From an uncultured Chthonomonadaceae bacterium (GTDB taxonomy: Bacteria; Armatimonadota; Chthonomonadetes; Chthonomonadales; Chthonomonadaceae), in assembly GCA_963817895.1 (NCBI GenBank), contig CAWFQB010000005.1, forward strand, positions 192,001 through 256,000: 64,000 nucleotides of DNA, in the 5' to 3' direction. Shown here in pieces: positions 51,993 through 64,000 of this stretch. The translations under genes were made by a program, and so were the position numbers. The first letter of the stretch is position 1; each line of letters begins with the position of its first letter. Under the pieces are notes generated by a model. That model did not search any database. It was given only the letters and a program-made list of their open reading frames with translations, and had not been told where the DNA came from.

Positions 51993-53213
51993 TTACTCCA
52001 GCACATGGGCGATGGCGTTACAGATGGCGGGCAGGTTTTTGGCGTTCATGGCGGCCACGCAGATGCGCCCGCTGTCCACGATATACAGACTGGACTCGCC
52101 CCGCAGTTTGTGAACCTGTTCGCGAGTCAGGCCGGAATAGGAGAACATGCCCTTCTGATGCGCGATGAAGCCGAAATCCTGCCGAACATTGCGCTCCTGC
52201 AAGCCCTGAACAAACAGGTCGCGCATACGCTGGATGCGGTTGCGCATTTCGGCCAGTTCCGATTCCCACAGGGTTCGCAGTTCGGCGTCGGCCAGAATCA
52301 GCGCAACCACGTTCGCGCCGTGCGACGCGGGGCTGGAATAGTTGGTGCGAATCACGCGCTTCAGCTGGCTCAAGACCCGTTTCGCTTCGCCCTCATCTGC
52401 GGTCACAATGGTCAATGCGCCGTCGCGTTCCCGGTACAGCGAAAACGATTTGGAAAACGAGTTGGCGATCAGGCAGGGGATGCCCGCGCTGGCAAACGCG
52501 CGAACCGCGTAAGCGTCCTCTTCCAATCCCGCGCCAAAGCCCTGATACGCGAAATCCAGATAGGGAATCAGGTCGGTGTTCTGAAAGAGTTCGACGAGCG
52601 TATCCCATTGCGCCGGGGTCAGGTCCGCGCCGGTCGGGTTGTGGCAGCAGGCGTGAAGCACGATGATGCTTTGCGCGGGCAAGCCTTTCAGCGCGGCCAC
52701 CATGCCGTCGAAATCCACGCCATGCGTTTGCGGGTCATAGTACGGGTAGGTCTGCACGGTGAAATTCGCCGCCTCGAACAGGGCGCGATGGTTTTCCCAA
52801 CTCGGATCGCTGATGTAAATGTTGGATTCGGGGAAGAAGCGGCGCAGAAAGTCCGCGCCCACTTTCAGCGCGCCCGTGCCGCCCAACGCCTGTATCGTTA
52901 CGGCCCGCTTTTCCGCCAGAAGGGGCGAGTCCGCGCCGAAAAGCAACTGCTGCACCTGTTTGTTGTACGCGGGTACGCCGTCAATGGGCAGGTAGCTTTT
53001 GGAGTCCTCGCGCTCGTGCCAGCGCGTTTCCGCTTCGCGCACGGCTTTCAGCACCGGCACTTTGCCGTTGTCGTCCTGATACACGCCCACGCCCAGGTTC
53101 ACTTTGGCGGGATTCGTATCGGCATTAAAGGCTTCCGTCAAGCCCAAAATCGGGTCGGCGGGAGCCTGCGCAATGTTATGGAAAGGGGACAGCATCGTTG
53201 TCGTCATGGTCAA
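51993..53213 (-). CDS. Aromatic amino acid/aspartate aminotransferase (AspC/TyrB family)
   Basis: APADPILGL, NLGVGVY, HACCHNPTG, DFAYQGF, SFSKSFSLY.ER. Confidence 0.92.
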   Translation of the reverse strand: MTMTTTMLSPFHNIAQAPADPILGLTEAFNADTNPAKVNLGVGVYQDDNGKVPVLKAVREAETRWHEREDSKSYLPIDGVPAYNKQVQQLLFGADSPLLAEKRAVTIQALGGTGALKVGADFLRRFFPESNIYISDPSWENHRALFEAANFTVQTYPYYDPQTHGVDFDGMVAALKGLPAQSIIVLHACCHNPTGADLTPAQWDTLVELFQNTDLIPYLDFAYQGFGAGLEEDAYAVRAFASAGIPCLIANSFSKSFSLYRERDGALTIVTADEGEAKRVLSQLKRVIRTNYSSPASHGANVVALILADAELRTLWESELAEMRNRIQRMRDLFVQGLQERNVRQDFGFIAHQKGMFSYSGLTREQVHKLRGESSLYIVDSGRICVAAMNAKNLPAICNAIAHVLE

Positions 53214-53869
53214 GGTTTCCTTTAATCGTAATTTCTTCTGAAGCGCTTACTTGCCGCATTCTGTCGGCAATTTCGTTGTCAAGGGCATGCCCGCTCTGTC
53301 GTAAGTGCGCGATAACACTCTCACGGTCTTCCGGTGAGCGGTTCTGGCTGAGTTTGAATTTGCCTTCCAGTCGCGTCAGGGCAATTTCAATTCCGACAAT
53401 GCCGCGAACCATGCCGTCCAGATAGTTTGAAGGCAGTTCCTGCATCGTCCAGGGCTGCGCAAAGCCGGATTCGTATACGCTTACCGTATCTTCAGAGCGT
53501 GTCCCGCAACTCCTCTTCGGAAAGCAGGCGCGGCAGGCCGTAAGCATGAACCACAGCGTAATTCCAGGTGGGTACGCTTGGATGTTTGACGTGCCACGAC
53601 GGAGAAATATAGGCGTGAGGTCCCTGAAACAGCGTCAAAACTTCCCGCGTTTCGGAAAGCATGCGCCATTGCGGATTTGCAAGCGCGACATGCGTTCGCA
53701 AAACGCCATGTTCGCCGCGTTCGGCATCCAGCACAAACGGCAGGTGACTTGCGAACAGTTCACCGCCTGTATCCATTGACTGCGTAATCAACGTGGCAAA
53801 ACTGAATTGCCGCATCAGGTCGCGCAGAACGGCGCGATTTTGTTCGTGAAACCAGACGGGAATGTACAT
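53176..53869 (-). CDS. PaiB / FMN-binding negative transcriptional regulator (frameshifted)
   Basis: MYIP..F, ASHLPF, GPHAYISPSW, VPTWNY, GKFKLSQNR. Confidence 0.88.
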
Positions 53870-54098
53870 GGATGATCCAAAAGCATCGGCAAACGCGCGT
53901 AAGGAACGCGCATGTTGGTATTGGATTATTAGTATACCTGTCTTCCCGTTCAATCTTTGCCATTGAAAGCGTGACGCCGCGAACGGGGTTTCGCCTGCTA
54001 TGAGGTATCATAAGAGAGTGCTGCGCTGTCGGTCGGTTCACGACGTTATGCCCGACTGCGCAGTTCCGAAAACCCAGGAAGGTTTATTATTGTCAGCT

Positions 54099-55751
54099 AT
54101 GCAGATTGAGCGCGAAACACAAAGCGCAACGGTTCCGCCTGCCCACGCGATTTCCCCCATCGGTCCCTCGCGCCGCCGCGCAATCATTACTATTGGACTG
54201 ATGCTAGGGATGCTGATCGCCGCGATGGAAAGCACCGTGATTTCTACGGCCATGCCAACCGTGATCGGCGACCTGCACGGCATCCATCTGTATTCGTGGG
54301 TGTTTTCCGCCTATCTGCTGACCAGCACCACCACGGTCCCCATTTACGGCAAACTGGCCGACCTGTTTGGCCGCCGCCGCATTTTCCTCATCGCCGCCGG
54401 TATTTTTCTGATCGGCTCCATGCTGTCCGGCGCGGCCCATTCCATGCCGCAACTGATCGCGTTTCGCGCCCTGCAAGGGCTGGGCGCGGGCGGCGTTTTG
54501 CCGATTACGCTGACCATCATTGGCGACCTGTATACCGCCGGGGAACGCGCCCGCGTGCAGGGATTGTTTACCGGCATGTGGGGGCTTGCCAGCCTGTCCG
54601 GGCCGATCCTGGGAGCCGTGTTGACGGAACAGCTTTCGTGGCGATGGGTGTTTTACGTGAATTTGCCGTTCGGCCTGCTTGCCATGTTGCTTGTCGGCGG
54701 ATTTTTGCGCGAACCGAAGGGCGCGGGCAACGGGAGCGAAGGCCAGAAGGCGCGTATTGATTACGGGGGATTGGTTCTGCTGACGGGCGCGGTTGTCGCG
54801 CTGTTGTGGCTGCTGCTGCAATTGGGAACCGGGCTTTCCCTGTTCGCGCCCCCGGTTTTCGCCCTGCTGCTGCTGACGGTCGCGTTGATTGCGCTGTTTC
54901 TGCGGCAGGAGAAGCGCGCGCCGGAACCGCTTTTGCCACTTGACATTGTTCCGCCATCCCATCATTGCCGCGTCCACCGTGGGCAACATTCTTATCGGCA
55001 CGATGATGTACTCCATAGACAGCTACATGCCGCTGTTCATGCAGGGCGTTCGGGGCGGCACGGCCCACAGCGCCAGTCTGGTTTTGACGCCTCTGGTGCT
55101 TGCTGTGGTCGCTGTCGGCGTATGCGGGCGCAAAGGCGCTGGAGCGTTTCGGGTTTGCCCGCGTGGCGATGTTCGGCGTCACCTGTATCCTGCTTGCCTC
55201 CCTCAGCCTGACGCTGATTTCGGCGCAAACGCCTGTGCCCGTGATTGTCGGTATCATGGCGCTGTTGGGAACGGGGATGGGGCCGAGCAGCATGGCTTTT
55301 CTGGTGTCAGCGCAAAACGCGGTTGCCGTGGCAGCAGCGCGGCGTGGTCACGGCCTCCGCGCAATTTTTCCGCATGGTCAGCGGCACTGTGGGCGTGGGC
55401 GCGTTGGGAGCCGTGCTGAACGCGCATCTCATCGGCGCGATTGGAAAGCCTTCCCGTAACTTTACGCCCAACGATCTGCTCAACGTGGAAGCGCGGGCGC
55501 GCTTATCTCCAACCCTGCTTGCTCTGGCGGAACATGCCCTCGCGGACGGGCTGCACCGCGTTTTTCTGCTGTTGTCCGCGCTGGCGTTGGTTGCTTTTGT
55601 TCGTGTCATGCAGCTTACGGCAAAAAGCCATTTGCTGGAGTCTTCACGGGAACAAACTCTTGCCGCTACGGAAACACAGGCAGTTTCCAAAACCTCGGAC
55701 GCCAGGGAGAATGAAACAAGCAAATTCGCGGTTTCGCAGGGTGGGGAATGA
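54099..55751 (+). CDS. DHA2 (EmrB/QacA-like) MFS drug transporter (frameshifted)
   Basis: STAMPT, GKLADLFGRR, RALQGLGAGG, WRWVFYVNLP. Confidence 0.88.
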
Positions 55752-56033
55752 GCGTATCCTCCTGAAAATAAATTTTGGGAAAGTTAATACCTGATTTTAA
55801 GTTACTGTATACGTAACATGCGCTATTGTGTTATAATGGTATTCAGCCCATGCCACAATACAGGGTTGGACGGTTTGTGATTACATCCCCAAAATTTCTC
55901 TAATATGTTCACATAACAGCCGTCTTTTTGTATACGCTCCGCCTTAATAAGCGGATGTTACGCTTCATCACAGTTGAAACACGCGCTTGAGTTACCGTTG
56001 AATACGGGCGCTATACCTGGTTCGGAAGACACA

Positions 56034-56648
56034 ATGCAGGACAATGACGCCTGCGCGCTGAATTGCCGGGAATCCGGTTCCGGCAAAATATCAGACGTCC
56101 GTGTACGGACGCGGAAGGGTGGGAGATTGGAAGCAATACAGGGTCAAGAGAGGCGCCGCAAATATATCGGCGTGGGCGGGGACGACGTGCCCTCGCTGGG
56201 TGTGCTGGAGGGCGACATTCTGCGCCTGTTGTGGGACGCGGGCGAGCCGCAGTCTTCGGTACAGGTTTATGAGGCGATGCACTTTGCGCGGCGGCGCGAA
56301 AAACGGGAGATGCAGTCTCCCTCCACCATCGCCGTAACGCTGAGTCGCATGGTGGAAAAGGGCCTGCTCACCGTTGAGCGACGCCCGCGCGGCGGCAAAG
56401 GCTATTATGGCCCAACGCGCACCCGCGCCGAAGTGGTTGCCGATGTTATGGACGACGTCAGCCGCCGTCTGACCGGCCAGCCATTGGGGTTCATCCTGAC
56501 GCGCCTTCATGCGGAAGTGGCCGGCAAGAAAGTGTCTGCCGCCGATGCGGCGGGCATGAGCGCGGGATTGCAGGAACTGATTGCCGCGCTGCGCAAACTG
56601 GAGGAAGAGGACAATCAGCCTCTGCCCATCGAAGTGGAAAAGTATTAA
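56034..56648 (+). CDS. BlaI/MecI/CopY-family winged-helix regulator (start uncertain)
   Basis: LGVLEGDILRLLW...STIAVTLSRMVEKGLL. Confidence 0.75.
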   Translation: MQDNDACALNCRESGSGKISDVRVRTRKGGRLEAIQGQERRRKYIGVGGDDVPSLGVLEGDILRLLWDAGEPQSSVQVYEAMHFARRREKREMQSPSTIAVTLSRMVEKGLLTVERRPRGGKGYYGPTRTRAEVVADVMDDVSRRLTGQPLGFILTRLHAEVAGKKVSAADAAGMSAGLQELIAALRKLEEEDNQPLPIEVEKY

Positions 56649-56653
56649 AATTA

Positions 56654-56714
56654 GTGAGAGTGGAGAGTGAGAGTGAGAGGACACATACTCTTTCTCTCAC
56701 TCTCCACGTCTCAC
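56654..56714. repeat. Palindromic (GAGAGTG)n...(CACTCTC)n element between convergent genes
   Basis: Read directly; a sister copy lies at 61429-61499. Confidence 0.8.
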
Positions 56715-57438
56715 TTCCTACAGCACGTTCCGCCGGTTTTCGCGGTTGCGCTCGACGCGCTTCCCGACAGGCTGAACTCGCCCAGATTGGCGTTTACGCC
56801 CTCATACTGAAGTTTGTTGCCCAGCGCGTCCGTGTAGGCAAAGCGCGTGGTCTTGCCCTTGATGAAGCGACGAACCGGCCAGGTCGTGTTGTTTTCCACC
56901 ACAATCGGGTTTTTGCCGTCCGCGCCAATCAGCACATCCGCCGTAAACCCGCCGCTTGTCGCCAAACTCCAACCGAAACGCGGCCGGAGCTGTCTTCCGT
57001 CACCAGTTTTACGGTTGTGAACGAACGCGGCCCCGATGACGCCCCGCCCTTGCCGAATACGGCCAGCGCCAGTTTTTCCAGCGCGGGACGCTGCGCGTTT
57101 GTGGCGCGCGAATCCACAAAGCCCATCGCGCCTTTATCGCCTTCGCCGCCGCCAAACACCAGCCCATCCAGCGTCACGCCGTTGTAACGCGCCGTTTTCA
57201 GCCGGTAGGCATAAATAGTATGGCAAAACCCGCGCGACGGCGGCTGCCCAAAGTTGCACGGACACGGCACGCTGCACGAACACGCCTCAAACAGCGTTCC
57301 TTTCGCCGTCCATTCCGATGTTTGCTTCGCTTCCATCCGGCGTGGCGCGTTTCCAGCCTGCGCCGAAGTGTGCGGCAGCATCAGCAACGCAGCCCCGCCC
57401 AACCCCGCCATTCTTATGACAGCGTTCCCTCTTCTCAT
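56711..57438 (-). CDS. DUF1326 family Cys-rich protein with signal peptide (frameshifted)
   Basis: W...G.LFEACSCSVPCPC; YNGVTLDGL; VDSRATNAQR.AL. Confidence 0.75.
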
Positions 57439-57594
57439 GCTATGTCCCGCCGTTTCTTGAAGATGCTCAATTTCAGTATTCCTACAGGTATTATATCAGA
57501 TAGCGCAGTTGTATGCGCAAACGCGCCACCCGTCACGACGCTCTATTACTCCCCCAACGTTCCACAGATTAACGAGATTGAGAGGAACAAAGAC

Positions 57595-58083
57595 ATGCTG
57601 CCATCCTTTGCCATGAAGTATGTGTTGACCGGATTGGAAGGGACGCCGGAAGTTGTGGAGGCTCTGCTTCACGCTTTGCCCGCCAATGATCCGCGCTGGG
57701 ATTTACGCCCCGACCCCGAACGCTTCACGTTGCGCGAGATTGTGGCGCATCTGGCGGATTGGGAGCCGATTTTCTCAGGGCGCATCGAGCGTATTCGGGA
57801 TGAAGCAACGCCCTTTCTGCCCGATATAGACGAGGGCGAGATCGCCATCCAGAACGACTATGCCCATAGCGACCCGCGCGCCTGTTTAGCCCGCTTTCAC
57901 GCGGGACGCGCCACAATGCTGGCAACTCTGCGCGGCGTTGTCCCTTCCGCATGGGCGCGAACGGGCAACCGCGACCCCATCGGCATCCTGACGCTGGAAA
58001 ATTTGGTCGTGCTTATCCTCGGACACGACAGCTACCATACCCGGCAAATCGCGCAATGGCAGACAGCAAAGGATGAAGGATGA
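57595..58083 (+). CDS. DinB family protein
   Basis: FTLREIVAHLADWE...GHDSYHTRQI; stop supplied by (GGATGAA)3. Confidence 0.85.
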   Translation: MLPSFAMKYVLTGLEGTPEVVEALLHALPANDPRWDLRPDPERFTLREIVAHLADWEPIFSGRIERIRDEATPFLPDIDEGEIAIQNDYAHSDPRACLARFHAGRATMLATLRGVVPSAWARTGNRDPIGILTLENLVVLILGHDSYHTRQIAQWQTAKDEG

Positions 58084-58152
58084 AGGATGAATCTGGCCGC
58101 GTGGTTTGTTTTCGCCTGTTGCGCCCTCTTTTCTTTCAGGAGATTGCTTCTT

Positions 58153-60329
58153 ATGTTGACACGTTCCGCCTTTCGTTTCGGGCTGACGCTGGCCTGTTTC
58201 GGTCCGGCTTTTCTACTCTTTATCCCGCTTCACGCTCAGAACGCTTCTTCGCCGCCCTCGCCTGCTGTATCCGCGCCAGGACGATTTCACCGCTCGGCTG
58301 GCAAAAGTGCAGAAAGACCTTGGACGCGAAACGCGAAGAGTTCCATGTTCCCGGCGCGGCGCTCGTGATTGTCAAAGACGATAAAATCGTTGCTATTCAG
58401 GGCATGGGGCTGCGCGATGTGGAGCATAAATTGCCCGTAACGCCGCAAACCCTGTTCGCCATCGGCTCTTCCACCAAAGCGTTTACCGCCATGACCGCGC
58501 TGATGAGCGTGGACGACGGCAAACTGTCCCTTTCCGATTCGCCCCGCAAATACCTGCCCTACTTCAAACTGAAAGACCCGGACGCGGACGCGAAAATCAC
58601 GGTCAGCGATCTGCTCTGCCATCGCTCCGGTCTGGACCGCACCGAACTGGCCTGGTACACGGGCAAACTCGCCCGCAGGAAGTGATTCAGGTGGCGGGCG
58701 AAGCGAGGCCGACGGCGAAACTCGGCGAAAAATTTCAGTACCAGAACGTGATGTTTCTGGCCGCCGGGGAAGTGGTTGCCGGGGCGCAGGAGCGTCCCTG
58801 GGCGGACGTGGTGAAAGACCGCATTTTCAAGCCGCTCGGCATGAGGGACACCACGCTTTCCGTACGCGAGATGCTGAAGCGCAGGGATTTCTCGCGGGGC
58901 TACGGGTACAACGGCGCGACAAAGGCCACGCGCCTGCTTCCCACCCGCGACATCAGCGTGATCGCGCCCGCCGGAGCCATCAATTCCGACGCGCAGGACA
59001 TGGCGCAATGGCTGCGCCTGATGCTGGGAAGCGGCAAAATCGGCGATAAGCGGCTGCTGTCGGAAGCGAGTTTTAATCAACTGGTCACGCCCCACATGAA
59101 CGTAGGCGGGGGAATGAACTACGGTTACGGCTGGTTCCTGCGCGACTGGCACGGGCATAAGGTGGTGGAGCATGGCGGCAACATAGACGGCTTTTCCACT
59201 GCCGTTGCCCTGATGCCCGATCAGAACCTCGGCTTCGTCCTGCTGACCAACCTGAACAACACGCCCCTGCAAGGCTTGTCGCCTGGATATTGTGTGGAAC
59301 GACCTGCTCGGCGCTCCCGCTGCGCCCACGCCCGCAGATACCGCTGCGGCTCCCACCGCGCCCGTCGGCGATCCGACCAGAGAAGTCGGCTCCTACGCCC
59401 TGCTCCCGAAGATGGACCTCAACGTCACGCTGAACAACGGCAAGCTGTTCATGCAGCCGACCGGACAACCCCTGCTGCTCCTGAAAAATGTGGGCGGGCG
59501 GCGCTATACGGTAGATGTGCCGGGCGTGACGGGCATTTTCCTGACGTTCCGGCCCGCTGACAACGCTCCCAACGCGACGGAACTCCTGTTCGAGCAGGGT
59601 GAGGCCAAAATGGTCGCCAAAGCGAAAGCCGCCGCGCCCGCTTTTGTGCCGCCGATCTCCGTAGAGGAGTTAATGGCGAAAGCGATTGAAGCCGAAGGCG
59701 GCGAGGCTAACCTGCGCAGGCACAAAAGCATGTTGTCGCGCACAACGCTGGAAATGCCCGGTCAGGGTCTGGTTGGCGAAGGCCTGGTATATAAACGCGC
59801 TCCCTGCCAGAGCGCGGAAATTATCACGCTGCGGGCGGCGGGCAAAAAAATCGCCACCATGCGCAAGTTCTTCGACGGCGCACAGGGGGGCGACGAAAGC
59901 AGTTTCACCGTTTCCACACCCCTGAGCGATGCAAACATCAACGATGCCCGTATCAGCGCGGACTTTTATCGTCAATTGAACTGGAAAACCACCTTCAAAT
60001 CCGTTGTCATCAAAGCGATTGCGAAAGTTGGCGACGAGGAAGCGTATGTTGTTGAGAGTACGCCCGAAAAAGGCAATTCCATCATCGAGCGCTACTCCAC
60101 CAAAACGTTTCTGCTGCTTCAGCGCGAAACGCAGGCAACCAACCCGGAGCTGGGCATCACCCTGACGAGCGTTGCCACGTACAGCGACTACCGGCCTGTA
60201 GATGGCGTGATGCTTGCCTTCAAACTCGTGGAAACCGCTTCGGGCAGCGAAACGACCACGCGGGTCAAAGAGATAAAATTCGACGCGCCCCTTCCCGACA
60301 GCGTGTTTCGGGCAGCGGGCAAAAAATAG
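58153..60329 (+). CDS. Beta-lactamase-related serine hydrolase with signal peptide and C-terminal extension (frameshifted)
   Basis: GSSTKAF (SxxK), DLLCHRSG, YQN (YxN), HGGNIDGF. Confidence 0.88.
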
Positions 60330-60373
60330 CCCCTTTCCCGACTTTGGGAAAGGGGGCGTGTAAGAATGAATTA

Positions 60374-60414
60374 GCCCCTCTCCCAAAGTTGGGAGAGGGG
60401 TTGGGGTGAGGGCC
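60374..60414 (+). repeat. CCCCTCTCCC-N-GGGAGAGGGG..GGGGTGAGGG palindromic element; relatives at ~2253, 4831, 12993, 29781, 37214, 60329
   Basis: Direct comparison of copies. Confidence 0.8.
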
Positions 60415-60438
60415 TGTACAGGCAACAAGGAGATTTTT

Positions 60439-61428
<990 letters not shown>

Positions 61429-61499
61429 AAGTGGAGAGTGAGAGTGAAGAGTGAGAGAAGATACCTGTTTACTCTCACTCTTCACTCTCACTCTCCACT
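61429..61499. repeat. Palindromic (GAGAGTG)n element between convergent genes; encodes the MFS C-terminus
   Basis: aagtggagagtgagagtgaagagtgagag...ctctcactcttcactctcactctccactt. Confidence 0.88.
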
Positions 61500-62713
61500 T
61501 GTGAATACTTTCTTATTTGCGGCCAGCGCAGGGCGGCTAAAGCGACAACGAGTATTGTGCCGATGCCGCCGCTGACGACCGTGAAAATGGGCGTGGTGCA
61601 CTGCGCGACAACGCCGGACTCGAAGCCGCCGATTTCGTTGGAGGAACTGATGAAAACGCTGTTGACGGCATTGACGCGCCCGCGCATTTCGTTGGGCGTC
61701 AGGGTTTGAACGAGAGTTTGCCGGACGACCACGCTGACCATATCCAGCGCGCCCACGCCGAACAGGGCCACAAGCGACAGAGATAGCGAACGGGACAGGC
61801 CGAAGACGATGGTTGCCACGCCGAAGCCCGCCACGGCCCACAACATGGCGCGACCGGGAAAGCGGAACGGGCGCAGGTGCGCCAGCATCAGCGCGGTAAG
61901 CAATGCGCCCGCAGAGGGCGCGGCCCGGAGCCATCCCAACACGTCCGGGCCGGTATGAAGAATGTCGTGGGCATAAATGGGCATCATGGTTGTCGCGCCG
62001 CCGAGCAGCACGGCGAACAGGTCGAGCGTGATGGTGGCGAAAACAATGGGCGTGTGGCGAATGTATTCCACGCCCGCAATCAGGGTTTTCCATGTCGCCC
62101 GCTCTTTGCCCGAAGGCGCGGGCGCGTGTTCGGCAACAAAACCCAGCAGCAACGCGCTGAATACGCCGAACCCCGCCGTTGTCGCGTACACAATCCAGGC
62201 ATGGCGGCTCCATGCCAGCAGCCACCCGCCGACCGCCGCGCCCGACATCACGGCAATACGGCGTATACTGGTGTCCCACGAAATCGCGTTTGGCAGCAGG
62301 GCGGGCGTCACGAGTTGCGGCAGCAAGGCTCCTCGCGCCGGGTTGCCGAACGTGCGGCACGCGCTTGCGGCAAACAGACACAGATAAAACCAACTAATAT
62401 TGGCGTGAACTGCGGACAGTCGGGCGAGAAGCAGGCTGCAAACGCAGACCGCGATTTGCGCCACAATGGCGATCCGCTTGCGCGAGTAGCGATCCGCCGT
62501 ATGCCCCGCATGAAGCGCGAATAGAAATATCGGCAGCGCCTGCGCCAAACCAACATACCCCAGCGTCAGCGGCTTGTTCGTGCGCAGGTATAAATCCCAT
62601 CCGATCACCACGCCCTGCATAGACTCGCCCAACCCCGATAGATTCCGGCCCAGAACAAATGCGCGGAATTCGCGCAGCCGCAGCGCGGCATAGGGATCAT
62701 GGCTGTCTCGCAT
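61475..62713 (-). CDS. MFS transporter (EntS/DHA3-like)
   Basis: AGHTADRYSRK, LDLFAVLLGGA, TPNEMRGRV, SNEIGGFESG. Confidence 0.88.
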   Translation of the reverse strand: MRDSHDPYAALRLREFRAFVLGRNLSGLGESMQGVVIGWDLYLRTNKPLTLGYVGLAQALPIFLFALHAGHTADRYSRKRIAIVAQIAVCVCSLLLARLSAVHANISWFYLCLFAASACRTFGNPARGALLPQLVTPALLPNAISWDTSIRRIAVMSGAAVGGWLLAWSRHAWIVYATTAGFGVFSALLLGFVAEHAPAPSGKERATWKTLIAGVEYIRHTPIVFATITLDLFAVLLGGATTMMPIYAHDILHTGPDVLGWLRAAPSAGALLTALMLAHLRPFRFPGRAMLWAVAGFGVATIVFGLSRSLSLSLVALFGVGALDMVSVVVRQTLVQTLTPNEMRGRVNAVNSVFISSSNEIGGFESGVVAQCTTPIFTVVSGGIGTILVVALAALRWPQIRKYSQVESESEE

Positions 62714-62818
62714 CGCATCACGCACTCATCTGCTCCCTAAAGAAAAAGGTTTGCTTTCGCGCAGGTATCACTTTTATTACGCCACGCGCCGAAACTTTTG
62801 CAGCACACGAAACCCTCG

Positions 62819-64000
62819 CTAATGTGGAACCATGAGGGTGAAGGGGTACACATAGGCTTGCAGCAGGACGAGCAGGCCCATAATCACCGCCAGAATGATG
62901 CTGTGGCGCAGAACCACTTTGAAAATGTCGGCTTCCGTGCCGATGCGTTCCGTTGCGGCAGTGGCGACGCAGATGGATTGCGCGTCTATCATTTTGCCCA
63001 TCACGCCGCCCGAAGAGTTCGCCACGCAAATCAGAACCGGATTAAGATGCAGTTGCAGGGCGGTGATCTTTTGCAAGCTGCCGAACAGAGCGTTGCTGCC
63101 CGCGTCCGTGCCGGTCAGGAACACGCCGAGCCAGCCAAGCAGGGCCGCGAAAAACGGATAAAACACGCCCGTATTCTTAAACGCCATGCCCAGCGTCGCG
63201 TCCAGTCCGCCAAGCCGCGTGATGGAACCCAAACCAAGCATGAATACAATGGTGGGAATGGGAACCCGCATCTGCTGCGCGGTTCGGTTGAGGGACGCTT
63301 GCAGTTGCGGGCGCGTCACTCTCAGCAGGGGCAGAATGACCAGCAGGGACAGCGCGACCGACGTTCCGGGCGTGGTAATCCAGTTCAGTTTGAAAACAGC
63401 GGCTTCCAGCGTGTTGGTTTCCACAACCGGAGGAACGCGCTGTACCTGCTTATCCAATCCGTGCAGATGCAGTTCGTACACGCCCTGAATCGGCCCGATG
63501 CGCAGGCCGTCCAGCCTCGCTTTGTTGGTTCCGATACCCACCATCAGGATGCAAAGCGCGATGAACGGCATCCACGCGGCCAGGGTCGCTTTCAGGCTGA
63601 CAGGCGGCGCGATATTCTCGCTGATCTGCCGCGCGGCAGTAAGGGCGTCGTTGCGCGAGTCAATGTCCCGCGCCTCGTACCGCCACATGCGCCGGGGCTT
63701 CCACACGCGCAGAAATCCGCCCGTGACCACAAGCGAAATCAGGCCGCCCGCCAGATCGGTGAGCGGATAATAGGGCGAGTGCGCGAAGATAAACTGGCAC
63801 AGCGCGAACGAGCCGCCCGCCACTGCAATCGCCGGAAACACTTCCCGCGTCTCTTTCCAGCCGCACATGCTGCGGACGAGCCACAGGGGAATGATACACG
63901 ACAAAAACGGCAGTTGGTTGCCCGCCATGTGGCTCAGAGCGCGAATGTCCAGCCCGGTCACGCCCTGCAAGGTGAGCAGCGGAGTCCCAAACCCGCCATA
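62819..64000 (-). CDS. lctP: L-lactate permease (partial, 5' end outside window)
   Basis: GWLGVFLTGTDAGSNALFGSLQ, ANSSGGVMGKMIDAQSI. Confidence 0.9.
   Translation of the reverse strand, partial: YGGFGTPLLTLQGVTGLDIRALSHMAGNQLPFLSCIIPLWLVRSMCGWKETREVFPAIAVAGGSFALCQFIFAHSPYYPLTDLAGGLISLVVTGGFLRVWKPRRMWRYEARDIDSRNDALTAARQISENIAPPVSLKATLAAWMPFIALCILMVGIGTNKARLDGLRIGPIQGVYELHLHGLDKQVQRVPPVVETNTLEAAVFKLNWITTPGTSVALSLLVILPLLRVTRPQLQASLNRTAQQMRVPIPTIVFMLGLGSITRLGGLDATLGMAFKNTGVFYPFFAALLGWLGVFLTGTDAGSNALFGSLQKITALQLHLNPVLICVANSSGGVMGKMIDAQSICVATAATERIGTEADIFKVVLRHSIILAVIMGLLVLLQAYVYPFTLMVPH

Noticed and set aside
469..60329. Mass pseudogenisation or programmed frameshifting (roughly 20 split genes, including hemL, MCC beta, hipA, CHAT and the ATPase)
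   Set aside because: Breaks are single-base indels, often at short homopolymers. Catalytic motifs are intact and I saw no in-frame nonsense decay. This is typical of unpolished long-read assembly.
58153..60329. Bona fide beta-lactam resistance gene
   Set aside because: The SxxK/YxN/HGG pattern with a long C-terminal extension fits the broad serine-hydrolase/peptidase family; resistance cannot be inferred.

Overview
GC-rich bacterial chromosomal window with about 50 genes. It is probably Armatimonadota-like (inference from the DUF1559/H-X9-DG prepilin, HEAT-repeat membrane protein and DUF1549/1553 + DUF1501 pair). Most genes are metabolic or envelope genes: leucine catabolism, cdsA, hemL, LysM L,D-transpeptidases, peptidases, MFS transporters, an aminotransferase and a lactate permease. 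Many ORFs are split by single-base indels, which look like long-read assembly errors. Accessory content: XisH/XisI, hipBA with three operator-like palindromes spaced exactly 50 bp apart, an IS200/RAYT-like TnpA with four 56-bp REP-like copies, an ABC-ATPase + TOPRIM (DUF4276) pair, and an ECF sigma / zinc anti-sigma / TPR-CHAT caspase-like protease / secreted subtilase locus. The most striking signal is a family of 7-8-nt tandem-repeat elements. Between genes they form matched inverted arms. Inside genes they occur as in-frame composites of non-complementary arms. One 68-nt module, (AGATACG)4-N12-(TTCATCC)4 encoding IRDTRYEIR-x4-SSFILHPSS, sits in frame in three unrelated proteins. No rRNA, tRNA or CRISPR array was recognised. 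All family assignments are from motif recognition, not database searches.
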